A stretch of 64,000 nt of DNA from Macrostomum lignano (taxonomy: Eukaryota), in NCBI GenBank assembly GCA_002269645.1, contig NIVC01000506.1:124001-188000 (forward strand), read 5' to 3'. Positions 14,748 through 28,655 of this stretch are shown one piece after another (positions within the stretch are counted from its first letter, which is position 1; every line of letters starts with the position of its first letter). Under the pieces are notes generated by a model that worked only from the letters and a program-made list of their open reading frames with translations, did not search any database and was not told where the DNA came from. The translations under genes and the position numbers were made by a program.

Positions 14748-15526
14748 GGCTGACACAGTTTACATCAGGGCTGACACAGTTTACACCAGGGCTGACACAG
14801 TTTACACCAGAGCTGACACAGTTTACATCAGGGCTGACACAGTTTACATCAGGGCTGACACAGTTTACACCAGGGCTGACACAGTTTACATCAGGGCTGA
14901 CACAGTTTACACCAGGGCTGACACAGTTTACATCAGGGCTGACACAGTTTACACCAGGGCTGACACAGTTTACATCAGGGCTGACTCAGTTTACACCAGG
15001 GCTGACACAGTTTACATCAGGGCTGACACAGTTTACACCAGGGCTGACACAGTTTACAAAAGGGCTGACACAGTTTACACAAGGGCTGACACAGTTTACA
15101 TCAGGGCTGACACAGTTTACATCAGGGCTGACACAGTTTACATCAGGGCTGACACAGTTTACATCAGGGCTGACACAGTTTACACCAGGGCTGACACAGT
15201 TTACATCAGGGCTGACACAGTTTACATCAGGGCTGACACAGTTTACATCAGGGCTGACGCAGTTTACATCAGGGCTGACACAGTTTACATCAGGGTTGAC
15301 ACAGTTTACACCAGGGCTGACACAGTTTACATCAGGGCTGACACAGTTTACACCAGGGCTGACACAGTTTACAAAAGGGCTGACACAGTTTACACAAGGG
15401 CTGACACAGTTTACATCAGGGCTGACACAGTTTACATCAGGGCTGACACAGTTTACATCAGGGCTGACACAGTTTACACAAGGGCTGACACAGATTACAT
15501 CAGGGCTGACACAGTTTACACCAGGG
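14748..15526. repeat. 21-bp minisatellite, about 37 units
   Basis: Unit GGGCTGACACAGTTTACA(T/C)CA. Confidence 0.97.
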
Positions 15527-16265
15527 TAGCCATAGTTACAAGAATCCTAGCATCTCAGAAAATTATTTTAAAAACAGTTTCCACCCAAATCCTGTAAAAT
15601 GATTTTATAGGATTTAAAAACGTCAAAATTAGACAAAAAATAGAATAATTCAAATCGCAAAAATTCGCTCAGAATACTAAAAAATAGCTAAGCTGGAGAA
15701 TCATGCAGTCGCACTTTTACGCTCGTAGTGAGCACATATTATGTTCCCGGACACGATATGTCGGCTCTATTTTTATTGTAATCGTCTAATTTTGCCGAGC
15801 CTGGGCTGTGCGTGATCAAGTGCCGCTTTCCTGTTGTCCCAGTCCTAAACTGGAACAGCTCCGCCCGAGCCGGATGAAGCCATATCTAAGGAGAAATCCC
15901 CATTTTTTCCTTTGTAGCCTGGACAGAATTGTTGGTCTGAGCATCTGTGTGAGAGCGCCCTGTCTCCTGGCCTGGCTGTATCGGAGGCCGCATCTCTAAA
16001 TCCCCCTGTAAATCCCCCCCGTGTTTGCCCCGGCAACTGATAGATACAGAGGCCCAGGGATTAACGAGCCGAGCCACAATAATCAACAGGTGTGCTCAGA
16101 ATGTCAGAATATCTTCATCCACCTCCCTCCCATCTCTGAAAAAGTGTCTGTCCTCTCCGCTGTTGGAGTAGGGAAGGACAGCAGCGCGAGCTGAGAGCTG
16201 GGCGGAGATGGAGCCACATGAATGACGGCAGTTCACTGCTACAATATATCCCAGGTCAATCAATT

Positions 16266-16855
16266 AGATCTCAGCTAGATCTCAGCTAGATCTCGGTTAG
16301 ATCTCAGTTAGATCTCAGCTAGATCCAAGCTAGATCTCAGTTAGATCTCAGCTAGATCTCAGCTAAATCTCAACTAGATCTCAACTAGATCTCAACTAGA
16401 TCTCAGCTAGATCTCAACTAGATCTCAGCTAGATCTCAGCTAGATCTCAACTAGATCTCAGTTAGATTTCAGCTAGATCTCAACTAGATCTCAGCTAGAT
16501 CTCAACTAGATCTCAGCTAGATCTCAGTTAGATCTCAGCTAGATCTCAGTTAGATCTCAGCTAGATCTCAGTTAGATCTCAGCTAGATATCAGTTAGATC
16601 TCAGCTAGATATCAGCTAGATCTCAGTTAGATCTCAGCTAGATCTCAGTTAGATCTCAGCTAGATCTCAGTTAGATCTCAGCTAGATCTCAGTTAGATCT
16701 CAGCTAGATCTCAGTTAGATCTCAGCTAGATCTCAGTTAGATCTCAACTAGATGTCAGCTAGATCTCAACTAGATGTCAGTTAGATTTCAGCTAGATCTC
16801 AGCTAGATCTCAGCTAGATCTCAGTTAGATCTCAGCTAGATCTCAGCTAGATTTT
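16266..16855. repeat. 11-bp quasi-palindromic satellite, about 53 units
   Basis: Unit AGATCTCA(G/A)(C/T)T containing AGATCT and AGCT palindromes. Confidence 0.96.
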
Positions 16856-17079
16856 AGAGACATCAAGTCCGGCCGTATGACATTCAGAAAGTCTGGACTT
16901 TGGTCGGGGAGTTCTGGGAAAAATTTCAAACTAATCGGCTTGGGTTTCCCGCCAATTTAATGAAGACAAAAATAAATTATCTATTCAGCTTTTGAGTGTC
17001 CGCTGATAGCGGAATTCGCATAGCAACTATGGCCACATGCCTCGATTTCCGCAGCCAGGCTCGCTCAGTTACCGTCGCC

Positions 17080-20000
17080 ATGGCAACAGCCAGAAAAGAC
17101 CTGATGCAGCGCGCCGTGAAGCCGGTCTCTCCGCAGGACGAGTTCGTTCGCTTCTGCATGCTGTCCTCGGTGCGGGGCGTGCCGCGGATCCTGCGCAGCC
17201 GCAGCCTCTGCTGGCAGGCCGTCTGGCTGGTGTCTGTCTTCGGCTTTCTTGGCATCTCGCTGCTGTCCATCACCCTGCTGGTGAACACCTACCTGTCCTA
17301 CCAGACCGTGCTGGAGGTGACCACAAGGCACTACACGCAGACCGTGCCTTTTCCCTCGGTGACCATCTGCAACCTGCAGCCGTTCTCCACCGACATGGTC
17401 AAGCGGTTCATCCGCAACCCCAACGTGAACGTGACGGACATGCGCTTCCTCAACGAGCTGAAGAAGATGAAGAACCACCCCAACTACACCAGCAGCTTCA
17501 AAGCGTTAAACGAGAAGTCGTTCCTGTTCCAGAACTGGGGCATCGAGACGGTGCGCAAGATTGGCCTGACCTTCCACGAGTTCGTGCTTGACGGCACCTG
17601 CAACTTCAGCTTCGTGCAGGCGGCCAAGTTCCAGCAGCGCGAGTGCAACCTGCGCACCGACGTGCTGCTCATCCCCAACCCGCAGTTCTTCACCTGCTTC
17701 ATGATCTCGCCCACCCCTGACATCGCCAACACCACCTACTCGCTGGAGATGGACCTCTACCTGGACACTGAGCAGCTGTTTGACTGCCAGCAGACCACTG
17801 AGTGCCACGACGCGCTCTTCGACCTGGACGACAGCATCGGGGCCCACGTCCTGGTGCACCCCGCCATGACCTACCCGCGCATCAGCCAGCTGGGCATCCA
17901 CGTGCTGCCAGGGACCAAGAGCGTCATCGAGGTGGTGGAAACCCGCAGCCTAGAGAAGTATGAGCAGTCGCCAAAGGAGACCTGCACTAATAAGCAGCTT
18001 ATCGACCTGTTCATCGGGGCCAAGGAGCGAACCACCGCCTTCCCCTTTGCCTACGAGAGCTTCACCTGCCGCCAGCTTATGGTTCAGGTGGGGAATTCGG
18101 AACTTGCTGAACTCCACTCACTGCACACTCCCTCCACTCACCACTCTCCCACTCTCCCCCCTCACCACTCTCCCACTCTCCCCCTCTCACCACTCTCCCA
18201 CTCTCCCCCCTCACCACTCTCCCACTCTCCCCCTCACCACTCTCCCACTCTCCCCCCTCACCACTCTCCACTCTCCCCCCTCACCACTCTCCACTCTCTC
18301 CCCTCACCACTCTCCCACTCTCCCCCCTCACCACTCTCCCACTCTCCCCTCACCACTCTCCCCTCTCTCCCCCACACTCTACCACTCTCCCCCCTCACCA
18401 CTCTCCCACTCTCCCCCTCACCACTCTCCCACTCTCCCCCCTCACCACTCTCCCACTCTCCCCCCTCACCACTCTCCCACTCTCCCCCCTCACCACTCTC
18501 CCACTCTCCCCCCTCACCACTCTCCCACTCTCCCCCCTCACCACTCTCCCACTCTCCCCCCTCACCACTCTCACCACTCTCCCCCCTCACACTCTCCCTC
18601 TCTCCCCCCTCACCACTCTCCCACTCTCCCCCTCACCACTCTACCATCTCCTCCCTACCACTCTCCCACTCTCCCCCCTCACCACTCTCCCCCCTCACCA
18701 CTCTCCTCCCTCACCACTCTCCCCCCTCACCACTCTCCTCCCTCACCACTCTCCCACTCTCCCCCCTCACAACTCTCCCACTCTCCTCCCTCACCACTCT
18801 CCCCCCTCACCACTCTCCTCCCTCACCACTCTCCCCCCTCACCACTCTCCCACTCTCCCCCCTCACCACTCTCCTCACTCACCACTCTCCCCCCTCACCA
18901 CTCTCCTCCCTCACCACTCTCCCACTCTCCCCCTCACCACTCTCCCCCTCACCACTCTCCACTCTCCTCCCTCACCACTCTCCCACTCTCCCCCTCACCA
19001 CTCTCCACCACTCTCCTCCCTCACCACTCTCCCCCCTCACCACTCTCCTCCTCACCACTCTCCCCCTCACCACTCTCCCCTCACCACTCTCCTCCCTCAC
19101 CACTCTCCCCCTCACCACTCTCCTCCCTCACCACTCTCCCCCTCACCACTCTCCCCCTCACCCTCTCACCACTCTCCCCCTCACCACTCTCCCACTCTCC
19201 CCCTCACCACTCTCCTCCTCACCACTCTCCCCCTCACCACTCTCCCCCTCACCACTCTCCCACTCTCCCCCCTCACCACTCTCCTCACTCACCACTCTCC
19301 CCCCTCACCACTCTCCTCCCTCACCACTCTCCCACTCTCCCCCTCACCACTCTACCATCTCCTCCCTCACCACTCTCCTCACTCACCACTCTCCCCCCTC
19401 ACCACTCTCCTCCCTCACCACTCTCCCACTCTCCCCCCTCACCACTATCCCACTCTCCCCGTTCACCACTCTACCACTCTCTTCCCTCACCACTCTCCCA
19501 CTCTCCCCCCTCACCACTCTCCCCCCTCACCACTCTCCTCCCTCACCACTCTCCCCCCTCACCACTCTCCTCACTTACCACTCTCCCCCCTCACCACTCT
19601 CCTCCCTCACCACTCTCCCACTCTCCCCCCTCACAACTCTCCACTCTCCCCCCTCACCACTCTCCCACTCTCCCCCTCACCACTCTCCCACTCTCCCCCC
19701 CTCACAACTCTCCCACTCTCCCCCCTCACCACTCTCCCACTCTCCCCCCTCACCACTCTCCCACTCTCCCCCCTCACCACTCTCCCACTCTCCCACTCTC
19801 CCCACTCTCCTCACTCTTGCACTCTCCCACTCTACCAACTCCTTCCACTTTACCTGCTCTACCCACTCTCTCACTCTAGCCACTATTCCCACTCTCCTAC
19901 TCTCCCCACTCCTGTCACCCCGCTCTCCGCTCCCCAGGAGAAAATCCTGAGCAACTGCGGCTGCACGGACCCGGACTACCCTCTCACGGCCGACATGAAA

Positions 20001-23000
20001 GACGCGCCGTTCTGCGCCGAGCTGAAGAAGCCGGGCCAGAGCACCGACGCGTTTCTCAAAAAGTGAGCAGCGAGCAAAAGCTGGCCAGCTGCCTCAGCCC
20101 GCATATCCATTTCCACTTAATTTGCAAGCCATCTGTTGCTCAGCACTGCAGAGAGGCTCGGGGGGTCTGTGAGGGAAATGAGGGACTTTCTCTCTCTCCT
20201 GATTAAAGCAATTGACAAATGGGAGGCTGCGTGCGACCAGCAGATGAATTCAGCGTGGAGATTTCCGCCTTCGGTTTTCTGTCAGAGCCTGCAAGCAGAG
20301 TTGGAATACATTTTGCAGTGCAACTGCACCGCAGCCAGCCGCTTCACTGGCAGACGGCAGTCATCCGAATGAAGCAGAACTGCCTCCGGCCAGCTCGTTT
20401 TTTGCATGAAAAACGGCATTTTTTAGCTTTGAAAAAAACGAATAAAAATCGTAAATGCTTTTTTCCAATTTTCCATTAACAAGGGACAGGAGAGAGAGAG
20501 AGGGGGTTTGAGCACAGATTTGGCATTTTGGATTGGCATAGGAGGGTAGGAGGATAGGAGAGAGCGGAGAGACTGGGGATGGAGACCAAAATATACGGAG
20601 AGATGCCTGCAGAGGAGTGCAAGACAGACTTGCCAATTCCGCAGATGCGTAGGAGCAGACAGTGAATGCAGGAGGGAGGGAGGATAAAAGCCTCTCTCCC
20701 TCGTGCAGAGCGAGATCAGGGCTTGAGTCTGCAACAAACTGATTCAAGCAGATTAATTCAAGCAGGTCTGTCAATAAAGCAACATGTCCCAGTTATCTCT
20801 CAGTGTGTCTCGGTATCTCCCAGTGCGTCCCAGTTATCTCTCGGTGTGTCTCGGTATCTCCCAGTGCGTCCCAGTTATCTCTCGGTGTGTCTCGGTATCT
20901 CCCAGTGCGTCCCAGTTATCTCTCGGTGTGTCTCGGTATCTCCCAGTGCGTCCCAGGTATCTCCCAGTCCGTCCCAGGTATCTCCCAGTCCGTCCCAGGT
21001 ATCTCCCAGTGCGTCCCAGGTGTCTCCCAGTCCGTCCCAGGTATCTCCCAGTGCGTCCCAGTTATCTCTCGGTGTGTCTCGGTATCTCCCAGTGCGTCCC
21101 AGGTATCTCCCAGTGCGTCCCAGTTATCTCTCGGTGTGTCTCGGTATCTCCCAGTGCGTCCCAGGTATCTCCCAGTGCGTCCCAGTTATCTCTCGGTGTG
21201 TCTCGGTATCTCCCAGTGCGTCCCAGTTATCTCTCGGTGTGTCTCGGTAGCTCCCAGTGCGTCCCAGGTATCTCTCGGTGTGTCTCGGTAGCTCCCAGTG
21301 CGTCCCAGGTATCTCCCAGTGCGTCCCAGTTATCTCTCGGTGTGTCTCGGTAGCTCCCAGTGCGTCCCAGGTATCTCTCGGTGTGTCTCGGTAGCTCCCA
21401 GTGCGTCCCAGGTATCTCCCAGTGCGTCCCAGTTATCTCTCGGTGTGTCTCGGTAGCTCCCAGTGCGTCCCAGGTATCTCCCAGTGCGTCCCAGTATCTC
21501 CGGTGTGTCTCGGTAGCTCCCAGTGCGTCCCAGGTATCTCCGGTGTGTCTCGGTAGCTCCCAGTGCGTCCCAGGTATCTCCCAGTGCGTCGCAGGTATCT
21601 CCCAGTGTGTCCCACCGAGGTATCTCCCAGTCCGTCCCAGGTATCTCCCAGTCCGTCCCAGGTATCTCCCAGTCCGTCCCAGGTATCTCCCAGTCCGTCC
21701 CAGGTATCTCCCAGTGCGTCGCAGGTATCTCCCAGTGCGTCCCACCCAGGTTTCTGCCAGTGCGTCCCACCCAGGTATCTCCCAGTGCGTCCCAGGTATC
21801 CTAGTGCGTCCCAGGTATCTCCCAGTCCGTCTCAGGTATCTCTCAGTGTGTCTTGGTATCTCTGAGTGTGAGTGTGTCCCAGAGTGTGTCCCAGAGTGTG
21901 TCCCAGAGTGTGTCCCAGAGTGTGTCCCAGTGAGTGTGTCCCAGAGTGTGTCCCAGAGTGTGTTCCAGAGTGTGTCCCAGAGTGTGTCCCAGAGTGTGTT
22001 CCAGAGTGTGTCCCAGAGTGTATCCCAGAGTGTGTCCCAGTGTGTGTCCCAGAGTGTGTCCCAGTGTGTGTCCCAGAGTGTGTCCCAGTGTGTGTCCCAG
22101 AGTGTGTCCCAGTGTGTGTCCCAGAGTGTGTCCCAGAGTGTGTCCCAGAGTGTGTCCCAGAGTGTGTCCCTGTGTGTCCCCCTGTGTGTCCCAGAGTGTG
22201 TCCCAGAGTGTGTCCCAGAGTGTGTCCCAGAGTGTGTCCTAGAGTGTGTCCCAGAGTGTGTCCCAGTGTGTGTCCCTGTGTGTCCCAGAGTGTGTCCCAG
22301 TGTGTGTCCCTGTGTGTCCCAGAGTGTGTCCCAGTGTGTGTCCCTGTGTGTCCCAGAGTGTGTCCCAGTGTGTGTCCCTGTGTGTCCCAGGGTGTGTCCC
22401 AGTTGTCAGCTCTCTGGCCTAAAGTTGCAGGCCGTCAGCCGGTATTTGCCCAGCACAAGCAGCAATAGTGTGAGAAACCAGCTCAGACCAGGCAGTGCGA
22501 GTGATTTAAAACCCGATCTGGCAGCAGGCAGTCCTGGAAAGCGCTCGATAGGAAATCCCGCATAGTCCCCGGGTTTCCCTGGAAATGGGAAATTAAATTA
22601 TCCCTATCCACCCCCAAGTCAGGGGTATCAGGATTTGCGGATAGGGGAGCGGCTGGCGCCGGCTGCTCCGAAATGCCACGGATTGTCCCCAGCGATTAGG
22701 GTGGCAACGGAGAGGTGCGAGGCGTCCTTTAGGGGGGGGGGGTGGGTTGTGGGGACTCGGGATGGGAGGAATCGTTGGGGCCAATCAATTATTCACGAAC
22801 CGCTGCTTTGCTCCGAGCAAACCCGATGGGCCTGTGGCTGCCGCTTGAAGCAGCCGAGACGATAAAGGCGCCAGTTATTGTTAAACATTAGTCACACTCG
22901 CAGCATGGGTTCCAGCTGACTGCTCCCTACTTACACATACAATCTGTATTTAGTATTGAGTTTCGCTTGAGCTGGTTTCCTGGGTTGCTTTGGAGATTCT

Positions 23001-25322
23001 AGATCTTGAGTCCGCATTTGTACTCTGATTAACCAGTGTGTCCATTCTGTTTGATCATATCTCACAATAAACTTTAGATGTATTTAGATTAGCAATCCAT
23101 CGGATCTCGCAATGCACCTAGGATAGATTAGCAATCCATCATATCTTGTAATACGCCTAGGATAGATTAGCAATCCATCATATCTTATAATACGCCTAGG
23201 ATAGATTAGCAATCCATCATATCTTGTAATACGCCTAGGAGAGATTAGCAATCCATCGGATCTCACAATGCACCTAGGATAGATTAGCAATCCATCATAT
23301 CTTGTAATACGCCTAGGATAGATTAGCAATCCATCATATCTTGTAATACGCCTAGGATAGATTAGCAATCCATCGTATCTCGCAATGCACCTAGGATAGA
23401 TTAGCAATCCATCGAATCTCACAATGCACCTAGGATAGATTAGAAATCCATCATATCTTGTAATACGCCTAGGATAGATTAGCAATCCATCGTATCTTGT
23501 AATACGCCTAGGATAGATTAGCAATCCATCGGATCTCACAATGCAACTAGGATAGATTAGCAATCCATCGTATCTCACAATGCAACTAGGATAGATTAGC
23601 AATCCATCGGATCTCACAATGCAACTAGGATAGATTAGCAATCCATCGGATCTCACAATGCACCTAGGATAGATTAGCAATCCATCGTATCTCACAATGC
23701 ACCTAGGATAGATTAGCAATCCATCGTATCTCACAATGCACCTAGGATGGATTAGCAATCCATCATATCTTGTAATACACCTAGGATAGATTAGCAATCC
23801 ATCGTATCTCACAATGCACCTAGGATAGATTAGCAATCCATCGTATCTCACAATGCACCTAGGATAGATTAGCAATCCATCATATCTTGTAATACACCTA
23901 GGATAGATTAGCAATCCATCGTATCTCACAATGCACCTAGGATAGATTAGCAATCCATCGTATCTCACAATGCACCTAGGATAGATTAGCAATCCATCGT
24001 ATCTCACAATGCACCTAGGATAGATTAGCAATCCATCGTATCTCACAATGCACCTAGGATAGATTAGCAATCCATCGGATCTTGCAATGCACCTAGGATA
24101 GATTAGCAATCCATCGTATCTCACAATGCACCTAGGATAGATTAGCAATCCATCGATCTCGCAAAACACTTGGGATGTATGTAGAGTGGCAACCCAGTGC
24201 AGCCCTGTAAGTCGCAGCTCATTTCTGGCAGCTCGGCCGCATGGCTTTTGAAATTCGCAGCTACGATTGCGCCTCGCGCCTGGAGTTGGACCCCAGAAAC
24301 CTGATCAAGGAGAACTTGAACGACCAGTGCGCCACGCCCTGCCAATCCATCTCGTTCAAGACCACCGCCTACCAGTCTCTGTGGCCGCCTAAAACCAACG
24401 AGTTGGACTTTTACCGGCTGAGGGTGCAGGGCAAGCCCCTGTTCGGCAGAAAGTTCGACGCCTACGAGCAGGTGGGTCAGCCCGTTCGTGTGACTCTGCT
24501 AAGCTCCTATTTGACACCGTGATGCTCCACATAGACTTAGCACATCTTGCACTCACGGACACCGTGTCCACCGCACATAGACTTAGCACATCTTGCACTC
24601 ACGGACACCGTGTCCACCGCACATAGACTTAGCACATCTTGCACTAACAGACACCGTGTCCACCGCACATAGACTTAGCACATCTTGCACTAACGGACAC
24701 CGTGTCCACCGCACATAGACTTAGCACATCTTGCACTCACGGACACCGTGTCCACCGCACATAGACTTAGCACATCTTGCACTAACGGACACCGTGTCCA
24801 CCGCACATGGACTTGGCACATCTTGCACTCACGGACACCGTGTCCACCGCACATGGACTTAGCACATCTTGCACTCACGGACACCGTGTCCACCACACAT
24901 AGATCTATCTAGCACAGCTGGCGCTCGTGCCTCCGCAGGCGGAGAACTTCACCCGTCTTGGCCAGCACACCGAGGCCGCCAGGGCCCTGAAGAGCCCCGA
25001 CGCGAACGCCATCCGGGACAATTTCCTCCGACTGCGCGTATTCCGACCGGACCTGTCGCTCACCGTCACTAAAGAGAAGCTGCAGATCACCCCGGAGACC
25101 CTGATCTCTCAGATTGGCGGCTCGTTCTCTCTGTGGGGCGGCCTGACGGTGATCACCACAGTGGAGCTGCTGGAGTTCGTGTACTACATGGCCAAGCGGT
25201 TCGTCTGCTCAGGCTACGGCGGCGACTCTCAGAGCGAGCAGTCGGGGGAAGCGGGCGAGGCTGGCGATGTGGCGATGCCGCTGGCCGTCTACGCATCAGT
25301 CAGAGGTCCAGCGGCCAGCTGA
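17080..25322 (+). CDS. DEG/ENaC family (amiloride-sensitive sodium channel-like) subunit, about 575 aa
   Basis: Exons 17080-18087, 19938-20062, 24261-24471, 24939-25322 join in frame (GT-AG). TM1, FPSVTICNLQPF, Cys-rich NCGC...C...CATPC, SLWP, NFLRLRVF, TM2 ISQIGGSFSLWGGLTVITTVELLEF. Start chosen on Kozak context GCCATGG; an in-frame ATG also exists at 17029. Confidence 0.92.
18125..19830. repeat. C/T-rich degenerate minisatellite (CTCACCACTCTCCC core) in ENaC intron 1
   Basis: Direct reading; it produces the spurious 984-aa and 639-aa ORFs. Confidence 0.95.
20785..22400. repeat. Compound minisatellite in ENaC intron 2: ~20/21-bp GTATCTCCCAGTGCGTCCCAG and TTATCTCTCGGTGTGTCTCG units, then 12-bp GTGTGTCCCAGA units from about 21870
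   Basis: Direct reading. Confidence 0.95.
23080..24156. repeat. 39-bp minisatellite, about 27 units, in ENaC intron 2
   Basis: Unit GGATAGATTAGCAATCCATCGTATCTCACAATGCACCTA; 13-residue periodicity in the artefactual minus-strand ORF. Confidence 0.96.
24528..24903. repeat. 46-bp minisatellite, about 8 units, in ENaC intron 3
   Basis: Unit CACATAGACTTAGCACATCTTGCACT(C/A)ACGGACACCGTGTCCACCG. Confidence 0.95.
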
Positions 25323-25635
25323 TGATCACGTGACCCGAGACCGCTTGCAGATGCACAAATCTCAAAACTCAAAATACGAGCCAGAGGGGTCCGGACTTTC
25401 ATGCTGCTCACGTTGCATTTGACTGAAATTTTATGCAGACCAACAGATACAGGCGCCAAAGTTATAACCCAGTTTATTTGCGAATCATTGCTTTTAGTTA
25501 CAAAATTCAAACTCGCAAGCCAAGGTGGAAGAGAGCTTTGGGTTCTTCTCTCGTCGGTCCCTTGTTCAGCATCAGCCCGCCTGCAGCCTGACCTCGCATG
25601 AGCCTCGGCGTGTCAGCAATTCCCCCATAAGCTTC

Positions 25636-25900
25636 GACATCTCAGCAATTCCCCCAGTAAGCCTTGACCTCTCAGCGATTTCCCCAGTAAGCCTCGACCT
25701 CTCAGCAATTCCCCCAGGGGAAATCACTGAGCAATTCCCCCAGTAAGCATTGACATCTCAGCAATTCCCCCAGTAAGCATTGACATCTCAGCAATTCCCC
25801 CAGTAAGCATTGACATCTCAGCAATTCCCCCAGTAAGCATTGACATCTCAGCAATTCCCCCAGTAAGCATTGAAATATCAGCAATTCCCCCAGTAAGCCT
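25636..25900. repeat. 30-bp minisatellite, about 8 units
   Basis: Unit CTCAGCAATTCCCCCAGTAAGCATTGACAT. Confidence 0.93.
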
Positions 25901-26049
25901 CGGCCATCGATTCGATCGATCGTATGTCTAACAACAGTCAATGAAGAGATGCGAGCAGATCTCGTAAACATGCGGGAAAACGAGCTAGGCACTTATTTTT
26001 ATGAGGTGCTCTCAAATATTCTATTTTTTCAATCCTATGTGCACATGTA

Positions 26050-26351
26050 TACTCAACAACATTAAAAAGTCGCCACCTTTGAGAGTGCGCAGTAAATTCC
26101 AGCTCAGTATTGACTTTTGAGTGATGCAACTTGCGCCACGCGACGCAGAGTTGGGCTGGGTGAGGACTAGGAGGGATTGGGAAGAGCGGCAGGAGAGGAT
26201 TGGATGGGATATAGAAGCTTCTGCCCAGTTTTCATTGTTTTTTCAAGCATTTTTTAATATCAAAATGGTTGGCCAGGTGAAAGACGCTGGTCAAAAGACA
26301 CTGCTCACTGTGGCAAAGGGTGCAGGCGACTGTTTTCAATGTTGCTGAGTA
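26050..26351. mobile_element. Tc1/mariner-type MITE, copy 1
   Basis: TA|TACTCAACAACATTAAAAAGTCGCC...GGCGACTGTTTTCAATGTTGCTGAGTA|TA: imperfect ~35-bp TIRs, TA on both sides, inverted homolog at 53332-53601. Confidence 0.8.
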
Positions 26352-27734
26352 TATTTTCCTTAAAATAACTTTTCTCGGCTACTATAATCTTATATTGGCG
26401 CATATTATAACACTGCATGTGTTTCTCTTCAGCTAGAGTCGATGATGATGCGCCCAGGTGTTTATATGTCCTATTCTAAATTCTGCAGTTGCACTGTACA
26501 CTCTTGATTCTTACATGGCTTTATATAAATCTATACAAATTAAAGCCTTTTTCAAACAGCATTGACAAGAGTTTCTGTGTGCCAAGCCAGTAAATTGAAT
26601 GTACTAAATAAAAAATCTTGTAGACGCTTCACTGTTTTTGCGAGTTGAAAATGATCAGCAAAATCTATACTCATTGATCAGGTCTGTTACGAATTCTTTA
26701 AAGTACTCGCAATTATTTTCTTCTACCCAGACACGTAACTCAGCTTTCTAGCATGCAAAATTAGCCTTATGAGTATATCCATATTATCAGTCTGCAAAAG
26801 TCTGTCTAATGAAATGGAACTTCTCTTTAATACAAATGTATACTGCGATTGGCATAAATGTATCTCTGCCCGCGGATATGAAAGGCCTGAATAATAGCAC
26901 TTCGAACTTTGGGGCGTTTCAGAATCGACTCTATCAAACGGCTGGAAATTCGATGGATTTTATTGATGAAGTGAAAGCAGCTGGATGCAGTCGTAGCCAA
27001 ACTTGTAGCGAACTTTCTCCAACTGGGAAGCTGCCCCAGCCGTGTGAGCTACATCAGACAGCGGTGCAGCATCGAGCTTGTATTTTATGGCTAAGCCAGA
27101 CAGGCGGTTCCAACAAGCTCCTGCAGCGGCCACACGCACTGCAGATGCAGGCCAGGAAAGTGCAGCTCGCATCGGTGGTGGGGGGAGGGCAGTCACTCCG
27201 ATCCTGGAGTCAGCAGAGCAGGCGGTTCCGAATGCGAGCACAGGACTTGCCACCCCAGCCCTCTGTGTGAAAGTGGATTTATCGCTTCTTTCATAGTTGC
27301 TCCCAGACGCATAGCAGCTCATCCATTAAAGATGCAGGCATCCGATCAGATGGAAATCCATTAACAACGCTGCTACCTCAGCTGCAGAGCAGAGCCCGCC
27401 GTGGGTCCCACAGTGGCATCCAACAAGTTCCACTGCCAGTGGCAGCTCAAAGGTCGACTTACAGCAGTCCCTGGAGCCATGCAAATTAATGCTCTTTAAT
27501 CTGCATTAGAGACTGTCTAACTTATTTATGCCTGCCTGCCTGCAAGGCTGCAAGTTCAAACAGTCGATCGATTTAAATTTATTTACTGCCCGCATCCTCC
27601 TCTGGGGCCCCGGGCCAGTCACCGTCCCGTTTTGCTATCGCGAGGCAAGACGGACGCAAACAAATAATTGGCAGACACAAGCAAAACAGAGAGAGGTGGG
27701 AAGGCAGGCAAAGAAAGGCACTAAGGCCACTGAC

Positions 27735-28001
27735 ACAGACAGACAGACAGACAGACAGGCAGACAGACAGACAGACAGACAGACAGGCAGACAGACGGAC
27801 AGTCAGACAGACAGACAGACAGACAGGCAGAGAGACAGACACTAAAACGGACAGGCAGGCAGGCAGGAAGGCAGGCAGACAGACAGACAGACAGACACAC
27901 AGAATGACAGACAGACACACAGAATGACAGACAGACAGACAGAATGACAGACAAACAGACAGACAGACACACAGAATGACAGACAGACAGACAGACAGAA
28001 T

Positions 28002-28045
<44 letters not shown>

Positions 28046-28046
28046 C

Positions 28047-28105
<59 letters not shown>

Positions 28106-28119
28106 AACAGACATAGAAT

Positions 28120-28155
<36 letters not shown>

Positions 28156-28298
28156 TAGAATGACAGACAGACAGACAGACAGACACACAGAATGACAGAC
28201 AGACAGACACACAGAATGACAGACAGACAGACACACAGAATGACAGACAGACAGACACACAGAATGACAGACATACAGAATGACAGACAGACAGACAC

Positions 28299-28333
<35 letters not shown>

Positions 28334-28341
28334 CACAGAAT

Positions 28342-28373
<32 letters not shown>

Positions 28374-28380
28374 CACAGAG
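27735..28380. repeat. (GACA)n microsatellite with CACACAGAAT variants
   Basis: Direct reading. Confidence 0.95.
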
Positions 28381-28574
28381 TGACAGCCAGACGAAAAGAA
28401 CAGGCTGCACTAGAAGGCGGCAATTTTTTATCCAAATCTTTTAGCTGCTGGCAGCAGCGGAGACGGTGTGTATTCTGTAGGCAGCAAGCCGACACTCTGG
28501 GTCAAATATTTACAGACAGTGTGCGCGGCACGGCAGTGCAAACTGGCAGTGCAGTCCAAGCATCTCGGACAAGA

Positions 28575-28577
<3 letters not shown>

Positions 28578-28650
<73 letters not shown>
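28578..28650. repeat. (GA)n microsatellite, about 36 units
   Basis: Direct reading. Confidence 0.97.

Positions 28651-28655
<5 letters not shown>

Noticed and set aside
16996-19950. 984-aa ORF suggesting an ENaC fused to a Pro/Ser/His-rich mucin-like tail
   Set aside because: A donor at 18088 and acceptor at 19937 restore the conserved channel sequence; the tail is read-through into a C/T-rich intronic repeat that cannot form stop codons.
26809-27510. GC-richer stretch with several 70-150 aa ORFs as a possible gene
   Set aside because: No recognisable motif and no convincing, phase-consistent splice model.
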